From Octopus vulgaris (taxonomy: Eukaryota), in the NCBI GenBank assembly GCA_951406725.2, contig OX597822.1:44206001-44270000 (forward strand): 64,000 nucleotides of DNA. Reading direction: 5' to 3'. Shown piece after piece: positions 40,522-55,249 of this stretch. The notes under the pieces are model-generated. The model had not been told where the DNA came from, made no database searches, and saw only the letters and a program-made list of their open reading frames with translations. The position numbers were made by a program, and so were the translations under genes. Within the stretch, counting starts at the first letter, position 1. Each line of letters starts with the position of its first letter.

Positions 40522-40714
40522 ATGTATGCATGTATATATCTACATATCTATATGCATACCTAAAAACTTTAGATTCAGATGAATATGGTACTGAATTTGA
40601 AGGCACGAGAATTTAGTATGCTATTATCAAAATAAACAACGATATTCAGAGGTAATGCATTGCCTCTGCATAACCTTGTTGCTTATTTTGATTATATGCA
40701 TACATATATATTCG

Positions 40715-40750
<36 letters not shown>

Positions 40751-40800
40751 GTGTGTGTCACTGTGTCCTTTTTTCTCCAGTCAACTTTCGATCTTTTGAC

Positions 40801-40885
40801 ACTATTTCTGGGATGACGTTTGTTACATGGAACGAGGTAAACAGAAATTTACCTCAAAAATAACAAACCGAAACAGCTGTAAATG
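40801..40885 (+). ncRNA. Degenerate hammerhead with a long stem II
   Basis: CTGGGATGA (2-nt insertion in the core)-CGTTTGTTA..GAGGTAAA/TTTACCTC..TAACAAACC-GAAA-CAGCTG-TA-AATGT. Confidence 0.5.
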
Positions 40886-40991
40886 TTATTTTAAACATAA
40901 TTAAACTATGATCATTCAATATTAATCATCAACTTCTACTAGTTACATGTTGGTCTATTTCGTCTATTACCTTATACATATAAATAAATAA

Positions 40992-41050
<59 letters not shown>

Positions 41051-42389
41051 TACGACAGGCTTCTTTGTGATCATTCTTCGTCAATTCCCCACAAGCTAAT
41101 TTTCACCAAATATTGGTTTCAAATGTTGGCACAAGGCCAGCAATTTCGGGGAAGGTGATAAGTCGACTACATCAAACCCAATGTTCAACTGGTATCCATT
41201 TTATCGATCTCAAAAGGATAACAGTGAAAATCGACCTCGACGGAATTTGAACGCAGAACAAAATGACGAACGAAATGCCACTACTCATTTTGGCCGGTGT
41301 GCTAACGATTCTGCCAACTTGCCGACTTTGCTTCCAAAATATTACCCAGACAGTGCCGATTCCTACAATCATTTTAGTCCCATTTGTGCCCTACATTTTG
41401 CTTCCAACATCCAGCATTTCTCATACAGTTTTTCCTTTTTACCTCGTCACTCTTCCTAACTCCAAACTCTTTCATTTTCTAATTCCTTTAATACGCAAAA
41501 CCGTTATATATTTATTTCATCAATGTCTACAAGACATTTGTATTAGATTTTATTATTGCTTACTAGATATTTTATTTATTTTACTGTTGTTATTCTCATA
41601 ATAGTTTTCTAATTGCAAAAGAGATCAACGTCTCCGGATAATCTTTCTACTTTAGATGTAGGATAGTGTAATCTAAAAGCAGTTATTATTTTCCTTGTTA
41701 TCCTGTCTTGGTATATTCTGAAACATTATTTCTTTTTTATTTCCCTTCCACTACAGTTAACGTCTGTTAAGAATATTATAACTAATTTATTACGTGGGAC
41801 ATCGGCGGTATTAATGTCTATTACCTATTTATATTTCACAATTTGTTGCATTTTATGTGTGAATTTGCCGCCTCGACATAATTCCTTCCTAAAATTTTCT
41901 TTCATAACTAAATGTTTTATTCTATTTTTATTACTTGGCTTTTGCGTTCATAATTAGCTCTAAGCCGTAGGAGAGGGTTTATATTTTTATTCGTGCTGTT
42001 TACTCTCATACACAGAGCACACAGAGACACACACATACACACACACAGAGCACACACACACACACACAGAGCACACACACACACACACTATATATATATA
42101 TATATGATGGTAGACTATGGCAGAGGGGTACGAATGTGCATATGGAAGCAAGGAAAAAATAGTGTAGGACCTGAACACGCTCACCCATCATCAGTTTTCG
42201 AACAAAAATCATCACAATTTCGATGCCTAATCGATAAGATTCTTCAATTGGGTGGCGTCAATACAAAGATTTGCTGGGGGTATAAATGAGCGCGCATAAT
42301 GCACGGAACAAGAGGAGAACAAAAAGACAAGGTCTCAAGACCGGACAGTAAAGAAGATGAGTTATAAGGAATATGAAAACTGTATGAAG

Positions 42390-42760
42390 CGACAAGAAGA
42401 GATCTAGTTTAGTTTTAAAGAAACCCACATCCACTCCATTTAAGTCTCTCAGGCATTTAGGGATGATGTTAAAGAACTGTGGTCCTCTGAAACCCAAGCT
42501 GTTGCAGTATCTGGACCTGTATTTTGATGGTGATGTTGGAATCTTTGGCACCATGCAGTGGCGCCCCATTCTGCGGTTGGGGTAACTTTGAATGCCAAAG
42601 TTTGGGACAAGACCCTCCAGGATTTTCCAGATGTATATCACCGCATACCTCGCCCGCCTCCGCTCTAGGGAGAAGAGGTTTAATACTTTCAGTCTTTCCC
42701 AGTAGCTGATAATTTGCATTGAGACGATTTTCTTTGTGTAGCTTCTCTGAATTGCTTCGA
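42390..42760 (-). pseudogene. CR1-like LINE ORF2 C-terminal fragment
   Basis: SYWERLKVLNLFSLERRRARYAVIYIWKILEG...PQFFNIIP...FKTKLDLFL matches the post-RT motif of CR1-type ORF2. Confidence 0.8.
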
Positions 42761-42917
42761 GTTCTGCTGTTAGTTTTATATTGTGTGGTGATCATAGTTG
42801 GGAGCAGTAGTCCAAGCGGCTGAGGACGAATGTTTTCATGTACATTTTTCATAAATATACACATATTTATATATATATACGTACATACATACATACATAC
42901 ATACATACATACATACA

Positions 42918-42953
<36 letters not shown>

Positions 42954-42956
42954 TAT

Positions 42957-42990
<34 letters not shown>

Positions 42991-43264
42991 CCAGCATTGG
43001 ATTGGGTCGAAGCTATAGTAGGCATCACTCAAGGTGCCGCGAGTCAGCGTAGTTGCAAAGCGAGCTTCTTAATCTCACAACCTTACTTCTGTTGCTTTAC
43101 TAAGCCTCGATCATTGCGTGGTAATGTTTAAACGATCAAAAATGGAAAAAAAAAGAAAGAAACACGTTGAATATTCCACACACAGGAATCGAACTTCAGA
43201 CTTGGTTGTCGTGACGCAATTATTAGTGTTGCAATCAGGACTTCGACAATATTTAAACATACGA

Positions 43265-43905
43265 AGGCGGCAAGCCGGTAGAAACGTTAGCACGCCGGGC
43301 GAAATGCTTAGCAGTATTTCGTCTGTTCCTACGTTGTGAGTTCAAATTCCGCCAAGGTCGACTTTGCCTTTCATCCTTTCGGGGTCGATCAAATAGGTAT
43401 CAGTTGCGCACTGGGATCGATCTAATCGACTGGCCCCTCCCCCAAAATTTCGGGCCTTGCGCCTGGAATAGATAAGAAACGGTAAGCACACTGAGTGAAA
43501 TGCTTAATAGTATTTCGTCTGTCTTTACCTTCTGAGTTCAAATTCCGCCAGGTTCGACTTTGTATTTCATCCTTTCAGGGTAGATAAATTAAGTATATGT
43601 TGCCAACTGTGGTCCGTGTAATCAACTAGTCTCCTCCGCCAAGATTTCAGACCTTGTGCCTAGGGTAGAAAAGAATATTTACCAGATGGAGGTGGCGAGC
43701 TGGCAGAAACTTTAGCACGCTAGGCAGAAAGCTTAGCTATATTTCGTTTGTCTTTAAGTTCTGAGTTCAAATTCCGCCGGGGTCAACTTTGCCTTTCGTC
43801 CTTTTGCGGTCGATAAATTAAGTACCTGTAGCGTGCTGAAGTCGATCTGATCGACTTGACCCCTCATCTAAAACTTTGTGTCTTGTGCCTAGATTAGAAC
43901 AAGAA
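43265..43905 (+). mobile_element. Three tandem family A SINEs
   Basis: Three units, each with GAGTTCAAATTCCGCC and the central domain. Confidence 0.85.
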
Positions 43906-44475
43906 ATTTCAACATACGTAAAAATATGTATATAGAAATATATACAAGCATTTTTAGCATGCTCATATATTCATTCATAAGTATTAAGAAAACGTATACA
44001 ACGCGAGCTACTTGCGCATGCAGAAATAACGCATGCCCATACACACAAGCATATCTATATATCTATCTATCTACCTATCTATCGCTCTATCGATCGATCG
44101 ATTGATCTAGGTATTTATTTAATCTGTGTATATGATGTGCCTATATATATATATGTATATATATAGTTGTATGCACGTATATGTACGTGTCTAGACATAG
44201 ACACGTGCATGCACACACGCGCGCATACTCACATACACACGCGCACACTCACGTGCACACAACACACATCCACATACTCAGGCTCACCATATATATAATA
44301 TAGTCACAAAGTCAGGTAGAGAGGAAGGAGGCTATTCAATAGAAACATTGAGAGGTCACCATAATGGTGACGATGGAGATTTAGAAGATTGTAATGGAGC
44401 AGTAAGTATGGATGAAGTAAGACATGTTAAAGGCAGACAGGCAAATAGATAGATAGGTGGATAGATAGATAGAGG

Positions 44476-44522
<47 letters not shown>

Positions 44523-44628
44523 TGATAGATAGATAGATAGATAGATGGATAAATAGATAGATAGATAGTTAAATAGATAGATAGATAGACAGACAGTCAG
44601 ACAGATATATATATATATATATATATAG

Positions 44629-44680
<52 letters not shown>

Positions 44681-45169
44681 GGAGTCTGACAAATAGATTG
44701 AAAGAGAGATAGAGAGTGAGTGAGAGAGAGAGGGAGATGTAGGAAATTAGTAAAAGTGGATGGACGGTGGCGAAGGGAGGAAGAGAAGAAAGGAATAAAC
44801 AAACTCAATAATATAATGATTAGAGATGACGAGGGAGTGAGAAAGAAAGAAGATAATGTATTATGTAGTAGACAGAAATGGAGGGAGAGAGAGAGAGGGA
44901 GAAAGAGTAAGAGAGACACTGAATAAAATAGAGTAATATGAAGAAAGAGAGTGGGGGAAAAGATGGAGAGAGAAATAACGGAGCTGGGAGTAAATGAGGG
45001 AGGTAGGAGATGACGGGGTCACAGAAATGGTACAGAAAGGGGGGGAGAGAGGAGGGAGGTAGGAGTAGGGGAAGGATACGAATTAGCTGTTGCATTAATT
45101 TCTCAAAGTCCGAGTATAAAACAAATACAAAAATAAGACAAAACCATGTAAAAGGCAATCAAGGGAAGC

Positions 45170-45213
<44 letters not shown>

Positions 45214-45739
45214 CGATGATGATGATGATAGCAATAATAACGATAATAATAAGAATAATAGTAATTATAATAATAAAACAGACATCATTAATAATAATAA
45301 TAATGATAATAATAATAATAATGGCATCAAAATAAACTGCAAAGAACAGAAGAATAAAATTGATAAAGCTACCAATATAAATATCAACCACAACAAGAAT
45401 AACAATAGCAAAAGAAATATAAAAAAAGGGCAAAACAAAACAAAACTGAAGAACAACAGGCAGCAAATGCAACATGGCGCAATAGAAAGAACGAACTAGA
45501 AGCCATCAACCGTTGTAGGCTGGAAGATTGTTCTAATTCTGTTGAATTGCTAATGTAGACATTTGGAATAAATGGGAATAAAAGAACAACAATTCCGAAA
45601 CAAACTGCAGTTGTAACAACAACAACAACAACAAGATCAACATCAACGGCAGCAGCAGCAGCAACGGCAGCCAGCGAGAGCGACATCAGCAATATAACTG
45701 GAAGGAAAAATAAATAGATGAATAAGTAAATAAAAATGT

Positions 45740-45791
<52 letters not shown>

Positions 45792-46136
45792 GATGATGAT
45801 GATGATGATGATGAATAAGATCATAATGATGATGATGATGATGACGATTACGATAATGACGATGATGATGACGATGATGACGATGATGATGATGATGACG
45901 ATGGTGATGATGATGATGATTATGATGACGATGATGACGATGATGATGATGATGATGATGACAATGATGATGACGATAATGATGATGATGATGAGGATTA
46001 TGACGATGATGATGATGATGATGATGACGATGAAGACGATGACGATGATGATGATGACGATGATGATGATGACGATGATGATGGCGATGATGATGACGAT
46101 GATGACGATAATGATGGCGATGATGATAATGATGAC

Positions 46137-46185
<49 letters not shown>

Positions 46186-47720
46186 ATGATGACGATGATG
46201 ATGATGATGTTTATGACCGCTACCACCTCCACCACCAACGCCGTTAACGTCGCCCTCTGAATTGACATTACTTTCGTTATCGTTGTCGCCGTCGTCGGCC
46301 TCGTCGCCGTCGTTTTCCATAACACCATCATCATCAGCAACAGCAGCAATGCTATCACCAACACCAATACCACCACCAGCAACACAGCCAACACCACCAC
46401 CACCAATACCACCAACACCAACGCCAATACCAACACCACCATTATCATCATGATGATCATTATAATTGTCATCATTATCAACCGCAGCAGCATCACAACC
46501 ATCATCACCATTACCGTATTGCCGCCGTGATCATCATCATCATCATCACTACCATCACAACCACCATCACCACAATAACCATCACCACCACTACCACCAC
46601 CACTAATCTCCTCTTACTCATCCCTCCACATCAACATCATTATCACAGCAGTCACCGTCACCGCCATTATCACCACGACAACGAACACAGCTCGCACTCC
46701 CTTCTCTACAACTAAAATCAACGCCATCGTCATCACCATCACTATCGCCATCATCATCATCATCATCACCACCACCGCCGTCGCCCACACTGCAACATTC
46801 GCCATTAACACTAACATTGTTGGTGTTGAAGGTGTTGGTTATCACCACCACCACCACCTCCACCAACACCTTCAACACCACCAATCTTCAGGCTGACTAC
46901 GACAATCGCTTTCGCCCCTATCACACCTTTCGCAGAAAAACAACAACAGCAACAAGGGGCAGGTATTTCGTGCCTTCGCCTGCAAGAAATAACAGCCAAA
47001 TTTTCCATTGTATTAACTTAATTCAGTTGATATGTAAGATAGCTTCCATTGGTCAACCTAGTATTAGATGCAATATATTTGAATAAATGGTGAGTGAGTC
47101 ACGGATGGAAGGAATTGGTCGCAGGTCTACATGATCAGGATGATTTATGTCTAAAGAACAAAAACGACAATAATAACAGAAACGATGCCAACAAAAGTAG
47201 TGACCTTTGCAAAGACATCGGTCAGTTCAAAAGTGACCATACGGACATGATGAATAGCAACAGCAGCGAAGAAGAAGAAGAAGAAGAAGAAGAAGAAGAA
47301 GAAGAAGAAGAAGAAGAAGAAGAAGAAGAAGAAGAAGAAGAAGAAGAAGAAGAAGAAGAAGAAGAAGAAGAAGAAGAAGAAGAAGAAGAAGAAGAAGAAG
47401 AAGAAGAAGAAGAAGAAGAAGAAGAAGAAGAAGAAAACTGACGACATCGACAGCGTCGCCAGCAATAATAACAACAGCAACTCTACAGCCAACAACTGCA
47501 GCAATATCAACGGCAACAACGACAACGAAACAGCTGTAGCAACAAAAACAGTTTCAGCAATAACAATGGCAACAGAAATAACAATCGAAACAGCAATGGT
47601 TACACCAACAATTACAGCATCAAAACCAACCACCATAGCATCAACAACAACAATAACATCACTAATAATCACGACCACAGCAGAAGGAACGGTGGCAGCA
47701 ACAAAGCCATCAATATGCTA
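45170..47720. repeat. Trinucleotide mosaic: (AAT)n, (ATG/ACG)n 45740-46210, (CAC/CAT)n, (GAA)n 47268-47434, (CAA/CAG)n
   Basis: Direct inspection. Confidence 0.9.
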
Positions 47721-48153
47721 GCTATACAACAACAGCAAAACGTATTAAAACCAGAAGAGCATAAAGAACACTAACAAAATTAAACAAGAAAACCTGCAGC
47801 AACAAAAAAAAAACGACAACAGCAGCAGAGTAACAACGACATGGACAACAGCAATAACAACAAGAATACGAGTGAGAAGAACAAGAAGAAAAGTAACAAG
47901 TAACGGGACAGTGGCAAAAATGAATATCGAAATAAATGATAACAAAAGAGAAGTTGTAACGGTGACAACGATCGGTCCGTCATACATATATACATACATA
48001 CATACATACATACATGCATACATACATACATACATACATACATGCATACATACACACACAGAGACACGTATACACAGACACACAAACACACATACACGCA
48101 CACAGTCATATACGCACAGCCTCTGTCTCTGCCTGTCTGCCTGTCTGTCTCTT

Positions 48154-48186
<33 letters not shown>

Positions 48187-48273
48187 GAGTCTGTCTCTGT
48201 CTCTGTCTGTCTGTTTGTCTCTCTTTCTCACATACACACACGCACACACACGCACAGATCCTCTGTCTGTCTG

Positions 48274-48307
<34 letters not shown>

Positions 48308-49159
48308 TCCCTATCACACACACACACACACGCAGTCTCTGTCTCTGTCTGTCTGTCTGTCTCTCTCTCTCTATCTCTCTCTCTCGCACACAGGCACGCA
48401 CAGTGCCTCTGTCTGTCAATCCGTCTGTCTCTCTCTATCACACACACACGTACGCACACAATCTCTGTCTCTGTCTGTCTCTCTTTCTCTCTTTGTGTCT
48501 CTCACTCTCTCTCTCTCTCTCACACACACACACGCACACACACACACACACAAACTGTCTCTCACATAGACATGCACAGACACTAACAACAATAGCAAAA
48601 CTAATGAAATATATTTTCAGCCGTAGTAACAACAGCAGCACATAACAACGACAACAACAACCACCGTGACAGTGATGACGGTACGACGACACAACCAGCG
48701 GCAGCAGCAGCAGCAGAAGCATGCATAATAACAACGAAGAAGACGAAGACGAAAATGACGACGGAAACGAAGACCACATAGACAATATCACCACGGACAT
48801 GGACAGCATTTGAATATAAATTGGCGATTTAATACTGTAGTGCTGCAAATGTGAAGGAGGTGGAGGAGTGAATATTTGACTGAAAACCAAGGGAAAATGT
48901 GTGGGGCAAAAAGCATTGGCGTGTTGGAGGGAGTGGCCGGTAGGATGCTTCGCAACGTGGAAGGGAAACATAATAAAGGAAAAGAAAAAGAAGAAATAAT
49001 GCAAGAATTGATCCAACAAAAAAAGAAGAACTCGATAAAAAACAAAGAGTATAATATAAGAGAAATTGAAGCAATGCGAAGTTAGTCGATGGACATCAAT
49101 CACAGCAGAAACTACAATAGCAATTACCTAAACGAGAACAACAACAACGATATCGCTAG

Positions 49160-49226
<67 letters not shown>

Positions 49227-49239
49227 CTGATAATGACTT

Positions 49240-49405
49240 GCATTAGCTAGGTCTACACACATACATACAATGCACAGGACAAAAGCACTCAGCAGAAACT
49301 GTCACTGAAGACGGACCGCCTCTCAAGACTTGAGATATGACTGCGCAAACTGATAAAGAAATTAAGCTTAAACGTCCCGACATTATCATTAAAGATTTAA
49401 GTTGA
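49240..49405 (+). pseudogene. Old R4/Dong-like LINE fragment (restriction-like endonuclease region)
   Basis: Reads KHSAETVTEDGPPLKT*DMTAQTDKEIKLKRPDIIIKD, which aligns to RHTPEKVTENEKATILWDMPIHTDREIKANRPDIVVRD of the 61-62 kb copy. It follows an (AAT)n tract. Confidence 0.7.
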
Positions 49406-49748
49406 AACATACGCGCACGCACACACACACATACACGCGCGCACACACACAAAAAAAAGAAAGAAGGTAAAGAAGCATCTCTTTAGCAACTTCTCATTCG
49501 TTATTTGGTGAGGAAATTGCTTGATAAAATGGTTGCGGTAAGGAACTTATGAAGTTAATATATGAGCGAAGATAGAAAAAAAGATATAACAGATAAAGAC
49601 AAATAGACGGCGGTCGGGCAAAGATAATAAGGCATGGGAAAATAAAACAGACGAGGTGAATGGATGTCTGAACTGTGTTGCATAATAACTGGATAATAAG
49701 GAACATGCAGTTTATATGCATACAATTGTCGTGCACATGTATATGTGA

Positions 49749-49803
<55 letters not shown>

Positions 49804-50055
49804 TACATATATATATAAATATATATGTGTGTGTTTGTGTGTGTGTGTGTACAAATACATGCAGCACCAACTTTCGTTTTGTCAGTGAACAGACCGCAGT
49901 TTCAAAGCGACATAAATATTTTGACACAAAAGACAATTTAATGTTGAAGTGAAACTAGCGGTTTTTGTGGCTTACAACTATCTTTCACGCTGCAATTGTC
50001 TTTTGTTTCAGTACACGATCTCAGATGAAGTCACTTGCTATGCAAGTACATTTCC

Positions 50056-50098
<43 letters not shown>

Positions 50099-50671
50099 TA
50101 GTAGAAGTAAACACAGATTGCTCCATTTCTCGTCCGGCTGCCATCATCAGCTGAGCCCATCAATCTCAGTATTTCTCCACACGGTCGGCTCGCAACAGCT
50201 GGAGTGACTGCGTTGCAACCAGACTCATGACAGTTCTGTGGTCTTATCTACATTCATAAACCTCCTGGTAATCCAAGCGCTATCCTCAACTACTTTATCC
50301 CCACATTCCTTGATATATATATATGTATATGTGTATATGTGTACGTAAATGCATATGTAGATATTATAATATATATATATATGTATATCTAAACAACTTT
50401 ATAAACACGGGTAAAAGAAAGAAATCATATGCCAAATTGGCTGAGAATAGATTTAAATCTCAATAACCACATAAAATTCACCACTATATCCTGGCAACTG
50501 ACAAAATGTTTTGAAAATTTTTTCTTACACTGGATACATATATATATATATATGTATTTATGTATGTTTGTATGTATGTATGTATGTATGTATGTATGTA
50601 TGTATGTATGTATGTATGTATGTATGTATGCATATATATATATATTTGTATATGTGTGTGTATATATATGA

Positions 50672-50712
<41 letters not shown>

Positions 50713-50716
50713 CATA

Positions 50717-50930
50717 TTCTCTTTTACTTTTTTAATTGTTTCAGTCATTTGACTGATGCCATGCTGGAGCACCGCCTTTAGTCGAGCACATCGACCCCAG
50801 GACATATTCTTTGGAAGCCTAGTACATATTCTATTGGTCTCTTTTGCCGAACCGTTAAGTAACGGGGACGTAAACACACCAGCATCGGTTGTCATGCGAT
50901 GCTGGGGGACAAACACAGACACACAAACAT
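50717..50930 (-). mobile_element. SINE family B, 3' half
   Basis: TTTCAGTCATTTGACTG..CCATGCTGGAGCACCGCCTTTAGTCGAGC. Confidence 0.8.
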
Positions 50931-50954
50931 ATGCACGCACATGCATACATACAT

Positions 50955-51016
<62 letters not shown>

Positions 51017-51019
<3 letters not shown>

Positions 51020-51415
51020 GGCTGCCCCCTCGTTATCGAGTATGGCTTAACTGTTACTGGTGCTGTGATCGAATGTGACTTTTTAGCCCAGCTAAAGATC
51101 TACAATGTCTTGTACAAAATTGGCAACTAAGACATTTACTGGTAATAGCCAGCTGTAGTTGTAACTGGGCTTCATGTACCTTTGCATGTTGTTTAAGTCC
51201 TCCTGCCGAATTACACTCTCTTCCACATGCCCGACAGATATGATTAGTATGGTGCGTTACACCACCACCAGTGGCCAGGTTGTCACTCATCTGTCTCGTT
51301 TTATGACTACGAAGATGACTCATGAGTCCAGCTTTACTGAGGTAGGGTCTTGCACAGACATTGCATGTCAGAATCAAAGGAAGACCCTTCCCTTCTGGAA
51401 GTGTAACAGCGATGC
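51017..51415 (-). pseudogene. 3' fragment of an RTE-like LINE encoding three C2H2 fingers
   Basis: ORF 51054-51377 has CNVCARPYLSKAGLMSHLRSH, CRACGRECNSAGGLKQHAKVH and CQFCTRHCRSLAGLKSHIRSQH. There are no TGEKP linkers. A short tail CCATACTCGATAACGAGGGGGCAGCC runs into a microsatellite. Confidence 0.65.
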
Positions 51416-51417
51416 TG

Positions 51418-51471
<54 letters not shown>

Positions 51472-51753
51472 GATTAATTAATAAGGGTGAGAGAATTAGA
51501 TACTAATTTAATAGTATATCCATTCTACACCAAGTGGCCTAGTGCTCCGAGAAACCTGGATTATTATAATATTTTATGATATATTATAATATTTTTACAA
51601 AATAAATATAAGAGAGTGGTCACTATATGGCTCACTCTAGCACCAGTTAATCCAAAAGGTTTCAACCACAAAAATACATGTTTCCCATGAAAGTCAGTAC
51701 GATTGTTAGCTCACACGGACAGGGCAAATAAAAAATAACAAAAATACAGATTA

Positions 51754-51836
51754 TTTTGGGACAATTGTTTCGCTATTAATGAATTAAATGTAATTTTACT
51801 TACAAAAAAAATCCACTTGTAGCTCCTCAGCCAAAA
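51754..51836 (-). ncRNA. Intact type-I hammerhead ribozyme
   Basis: Minus strand: TTTTGG-CTGAGGA-GCTA...TAGC-GAAA-CAATTG-TC-CCAAAA. The core is canonical, stems I and II are perfect, stem III is palindromic and the site is GUC. Confidence 0.85.
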
Positions 51837-51901
51837 CTATCTGGATGAAATCCACTCAATCACACGCCAGATTTTACCATAACGATATGTATGTATGTAT
51901 G

Positions 51902-51959
<58 letters not shown>

Positions 51960-51961
51960 TG

Positions 51962-52006
<45 letters not shown>

Positions 52007-52011
52007 GTTTG

Positions 52012-52049
<38 letters not shown>

Positions 52050-52054
52050 CAAAC

Positions 52055-52127
<73 letters not shown>

Positions 52128-52352
52128 CATACATACATACATACATAAATGCATACATACTATATTCATCCATACATCAATATATCTTGTTGAATTCCCA
52201 CATGAGAAAAGAATACTGATGTAATATTGGAATATTCAAACGTATTATATTTGCATTTAATGCAAACTTGCCCTATGTGATATGGTTTGTTTGGCCTACG
52301 GTTTGTTGATGTGGTACAGTTTGTTGAAAGGGTAAAAAATCGTGCATGATCC

Positions 52353-52392
52353 TAGCGATGAAGTAGCCTGTAGATACGAAACATCGTTTCTA
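52353..52392 (+). ncRNA. Degenerate minimal hammerhead motif
   Basis: TAG-CGATGA-A-GTA..TAC-GAAA-CATCG-TT-TCTA. The core has a deletion. Confidence 0.4.
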
Positions 52393-53197
52393 CAATCAAC
52401 AAGGCGAATAAATTTGGAGAGCTGCTTCAATGTCTTTTGTTACTCCGAATAGAACGCATATTTTCCAAATACAATTGTTAGTGGAAAAGAATATTATGCA
52501 AGACTTTTCTAAAGTAGAAATCATCGTTGTTATGATCCAAAGTCAGGTAATAGCACCTTGCTTCTTTGTTGTATATTTACAATGTGAGTCTTCCATCTTC
52601 GCCGAGAATCGCCGTCTTTCTGAACTTCCGCGTTTTCAAGGGTTTCTGGGAGAACCTTTTGGATGTGCATAATTTGAAGTAAAGGTGAGGGACGAAAGTT
52701 GTCATCGCCAATGGACTGAAAAGACGACTTCGTGAGATGGGATCATCCATACCCATCACATAATCGACATATATGCATGCTGGTGCAGATGTACATATAC
52801 ACATATATGCATATGTATACGTTATGTATGTGTATGTGCATGTGTATGTGTATATGTATATATACATAGATACACATATATGAAACATATATTTGACAGA
52901 ACATTATATATATATATATATATATATATATTTAGTTATGGAGAACAGTAGTAGATTTATTACTATTTAATTATATATATATATATGTATATATATATAT
53001 GTATATGTATAAATATATATACGTATGCCTATGCACATATATATACATACACACGTATATATGTGCATGTATGTAAATATGTATGATTGTATGTTATGTT
53101 AGTGTGTATGAATGGTGGCGATGATGATGAAGATGATGATGATGAGGATGATGATGATGATGATGACGATGATGATGATGATGATGATGATGATGAA

Positions 53198-53246
<49 letters not shown>

Positions 53247-53393
53247 TTGATGATGATTGTAGAGATGGTGATGGAGGTGATAAAAGCATTAGCTGTCCGT
53301 AGGAAATATAATTAGCACACTTTATTACACAGAAACTTACATGTACACATCTTTCCAAGTTTTTTCATTCTCTCTCCATTCTTTCTTCTTACT

Positions 53394-53431
53394 CCTTTCT
53401 GTCGAAGAGCGTATGTTCGAAATGTAAAAGA
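53394..53431 (+). ncRNA. Minimal hammerhead variant with CUGUCGA core
   Basis: CTTT-CTGTCGA-A-GAGC-GTAT-GTTC-GAAA-TG-TA-AAAG. Confidence 0.6.
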
Positions 53432-53526
53432 ATTTTTCCATTTTTCCTGAACGTTAAACAAATACACCTGCTTCTTGTTCTCTACACTTGCCCTATTCTT
53501 TCGCTTTTCTGCAAATTTGATCTGTA

Positions 53527-53860
<334 letters not shown>

Positions 53861-54712
53861 TAGTAACTTTCTGCAAGGATTGGGTGACATCTTTTGTAGT
53901 CTAAATTTTATTTACATATTTATTTATTTCGTAAAATCTGAACGGAGAAAACCAGTTCATTACCTCCACATAAATACATTCGTTTGCGTTGGTATCGAAT
54001 ATTATTATCTATAGTAATGTTACAGCTGAAGCCGTGTTGCAGCTGCCCCCTCCTCTTCCTCCTTCTCCTATTCCTCCTCCTCCTCCTACTGTTGTTGTTA
54101 TTGTTGTTATAAATGCCACTACAATAATAAATAATAATGATTTTTCATTTATTACTATTTTATTACGGTTATTAACTTATTTAATGTCATCATGTTCACC
54201 ATTCTCATTCTCAACTTCATTAATATTGACGTGGATGATGCTGATAATGATGATGATAATAATGATTATAATGATTTCAAATTTTTGCCACATAACCAGT
54301 AATTTTGAACGTAATGAGTCGGAAGTAATGCCAATAAGTATTTTGTTCGACGCGCCAGCGGTTCTGCCAACGCACCAGCAATTCTGCCAAAGCGCCAGCG
54401 ATTCTGCCAACGCGCTGCCTCATGCTTTTCAAATGTTGGCACAAGGTCAGCACTTCCGGGTGAGCAGAAAAGTCGACTATACAGACATCTGCAGGCGCTT
54501 ACATTGTACTTATTTTCTCGAACGACAAAAGATGAAATGTAAATTTGCCCTCGGTAGAGTGGAACTCAGCTCAAATTCTACCGTGGTCGAATTTGCCTTT
54601 CATCCTTTCGGGGTCGATGAAATAATTGCTAGTTGGGTCGGTGTAATCGACTAGCCATACCCTTAAATTGTCAAGCCTTGTGCCTATAGTAGGAAAGGTT
54701 ATTATTATTATT

Positions 54713-55245
54713 TAGTGTGAGAGCAGTGCATGTCATCAAAGTGACACTGGGGTAAAATATGCGAAGCCCAAGATACCTGTCATGACTATACGTCTGATAA
54801 GAGTACACCAGATACATGCATCACAAACATATGTGTGCGACATAGTGATCTCATATCAAGATAAACAGTGCATGACGTTGCAGGTGGGACCCAGTTAGAA
54901 TTTCTTCAGGTTGCGTAGCCCATCCCGCTCAAAAAGGGCCCTGAATAAGGGTTGTTTAAGGATGTTGAACGAAACATTCATGTTTCCAGAGGTGAATTAT
55001 TCAAACCACAAAAAATTCCTTTCGACTCATGGCTATGATGCTTTCCCACTACTTCTGCTCGTAATCAGATAGTCACATATCTGATTGCGAGCTGATTAAG
55101 CTCAAACAACTGACAAGCAAATCTGTGGCATTGAGCAGAGTATTTCTTGTAGCCCATCTTTTATATCGAAACAAAGCAATACACATGATAACACTTCCAA
55201 TCAGTTAAAAATCAGAAGCTATGAGAGCCAGTGCCTGAATACCTT
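54713..55245 (-). mobile_element. Unclassified ~540-bp repeat abutting (TTA)n, older copy
   Basis: Collinear with 56290-56835 along its whole length. Strand is inferred from the position of the (AAT)n tail. Confidence 0.8.
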
Positions 55246-55249
55246 CAAG

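Noticed and set aside
45384-46511. 375-aa poly-Ile, 225-aa poly-His and poly-Met ORFs
   Set aside because: These are overlapping frames of an (ATG)n trinucleotide field, with no domain or splice evidence.
47094-47441. Poly-Glu ORF
   Set aside because: It is produced by a pure (GAA)n tract with no synonymous variation.
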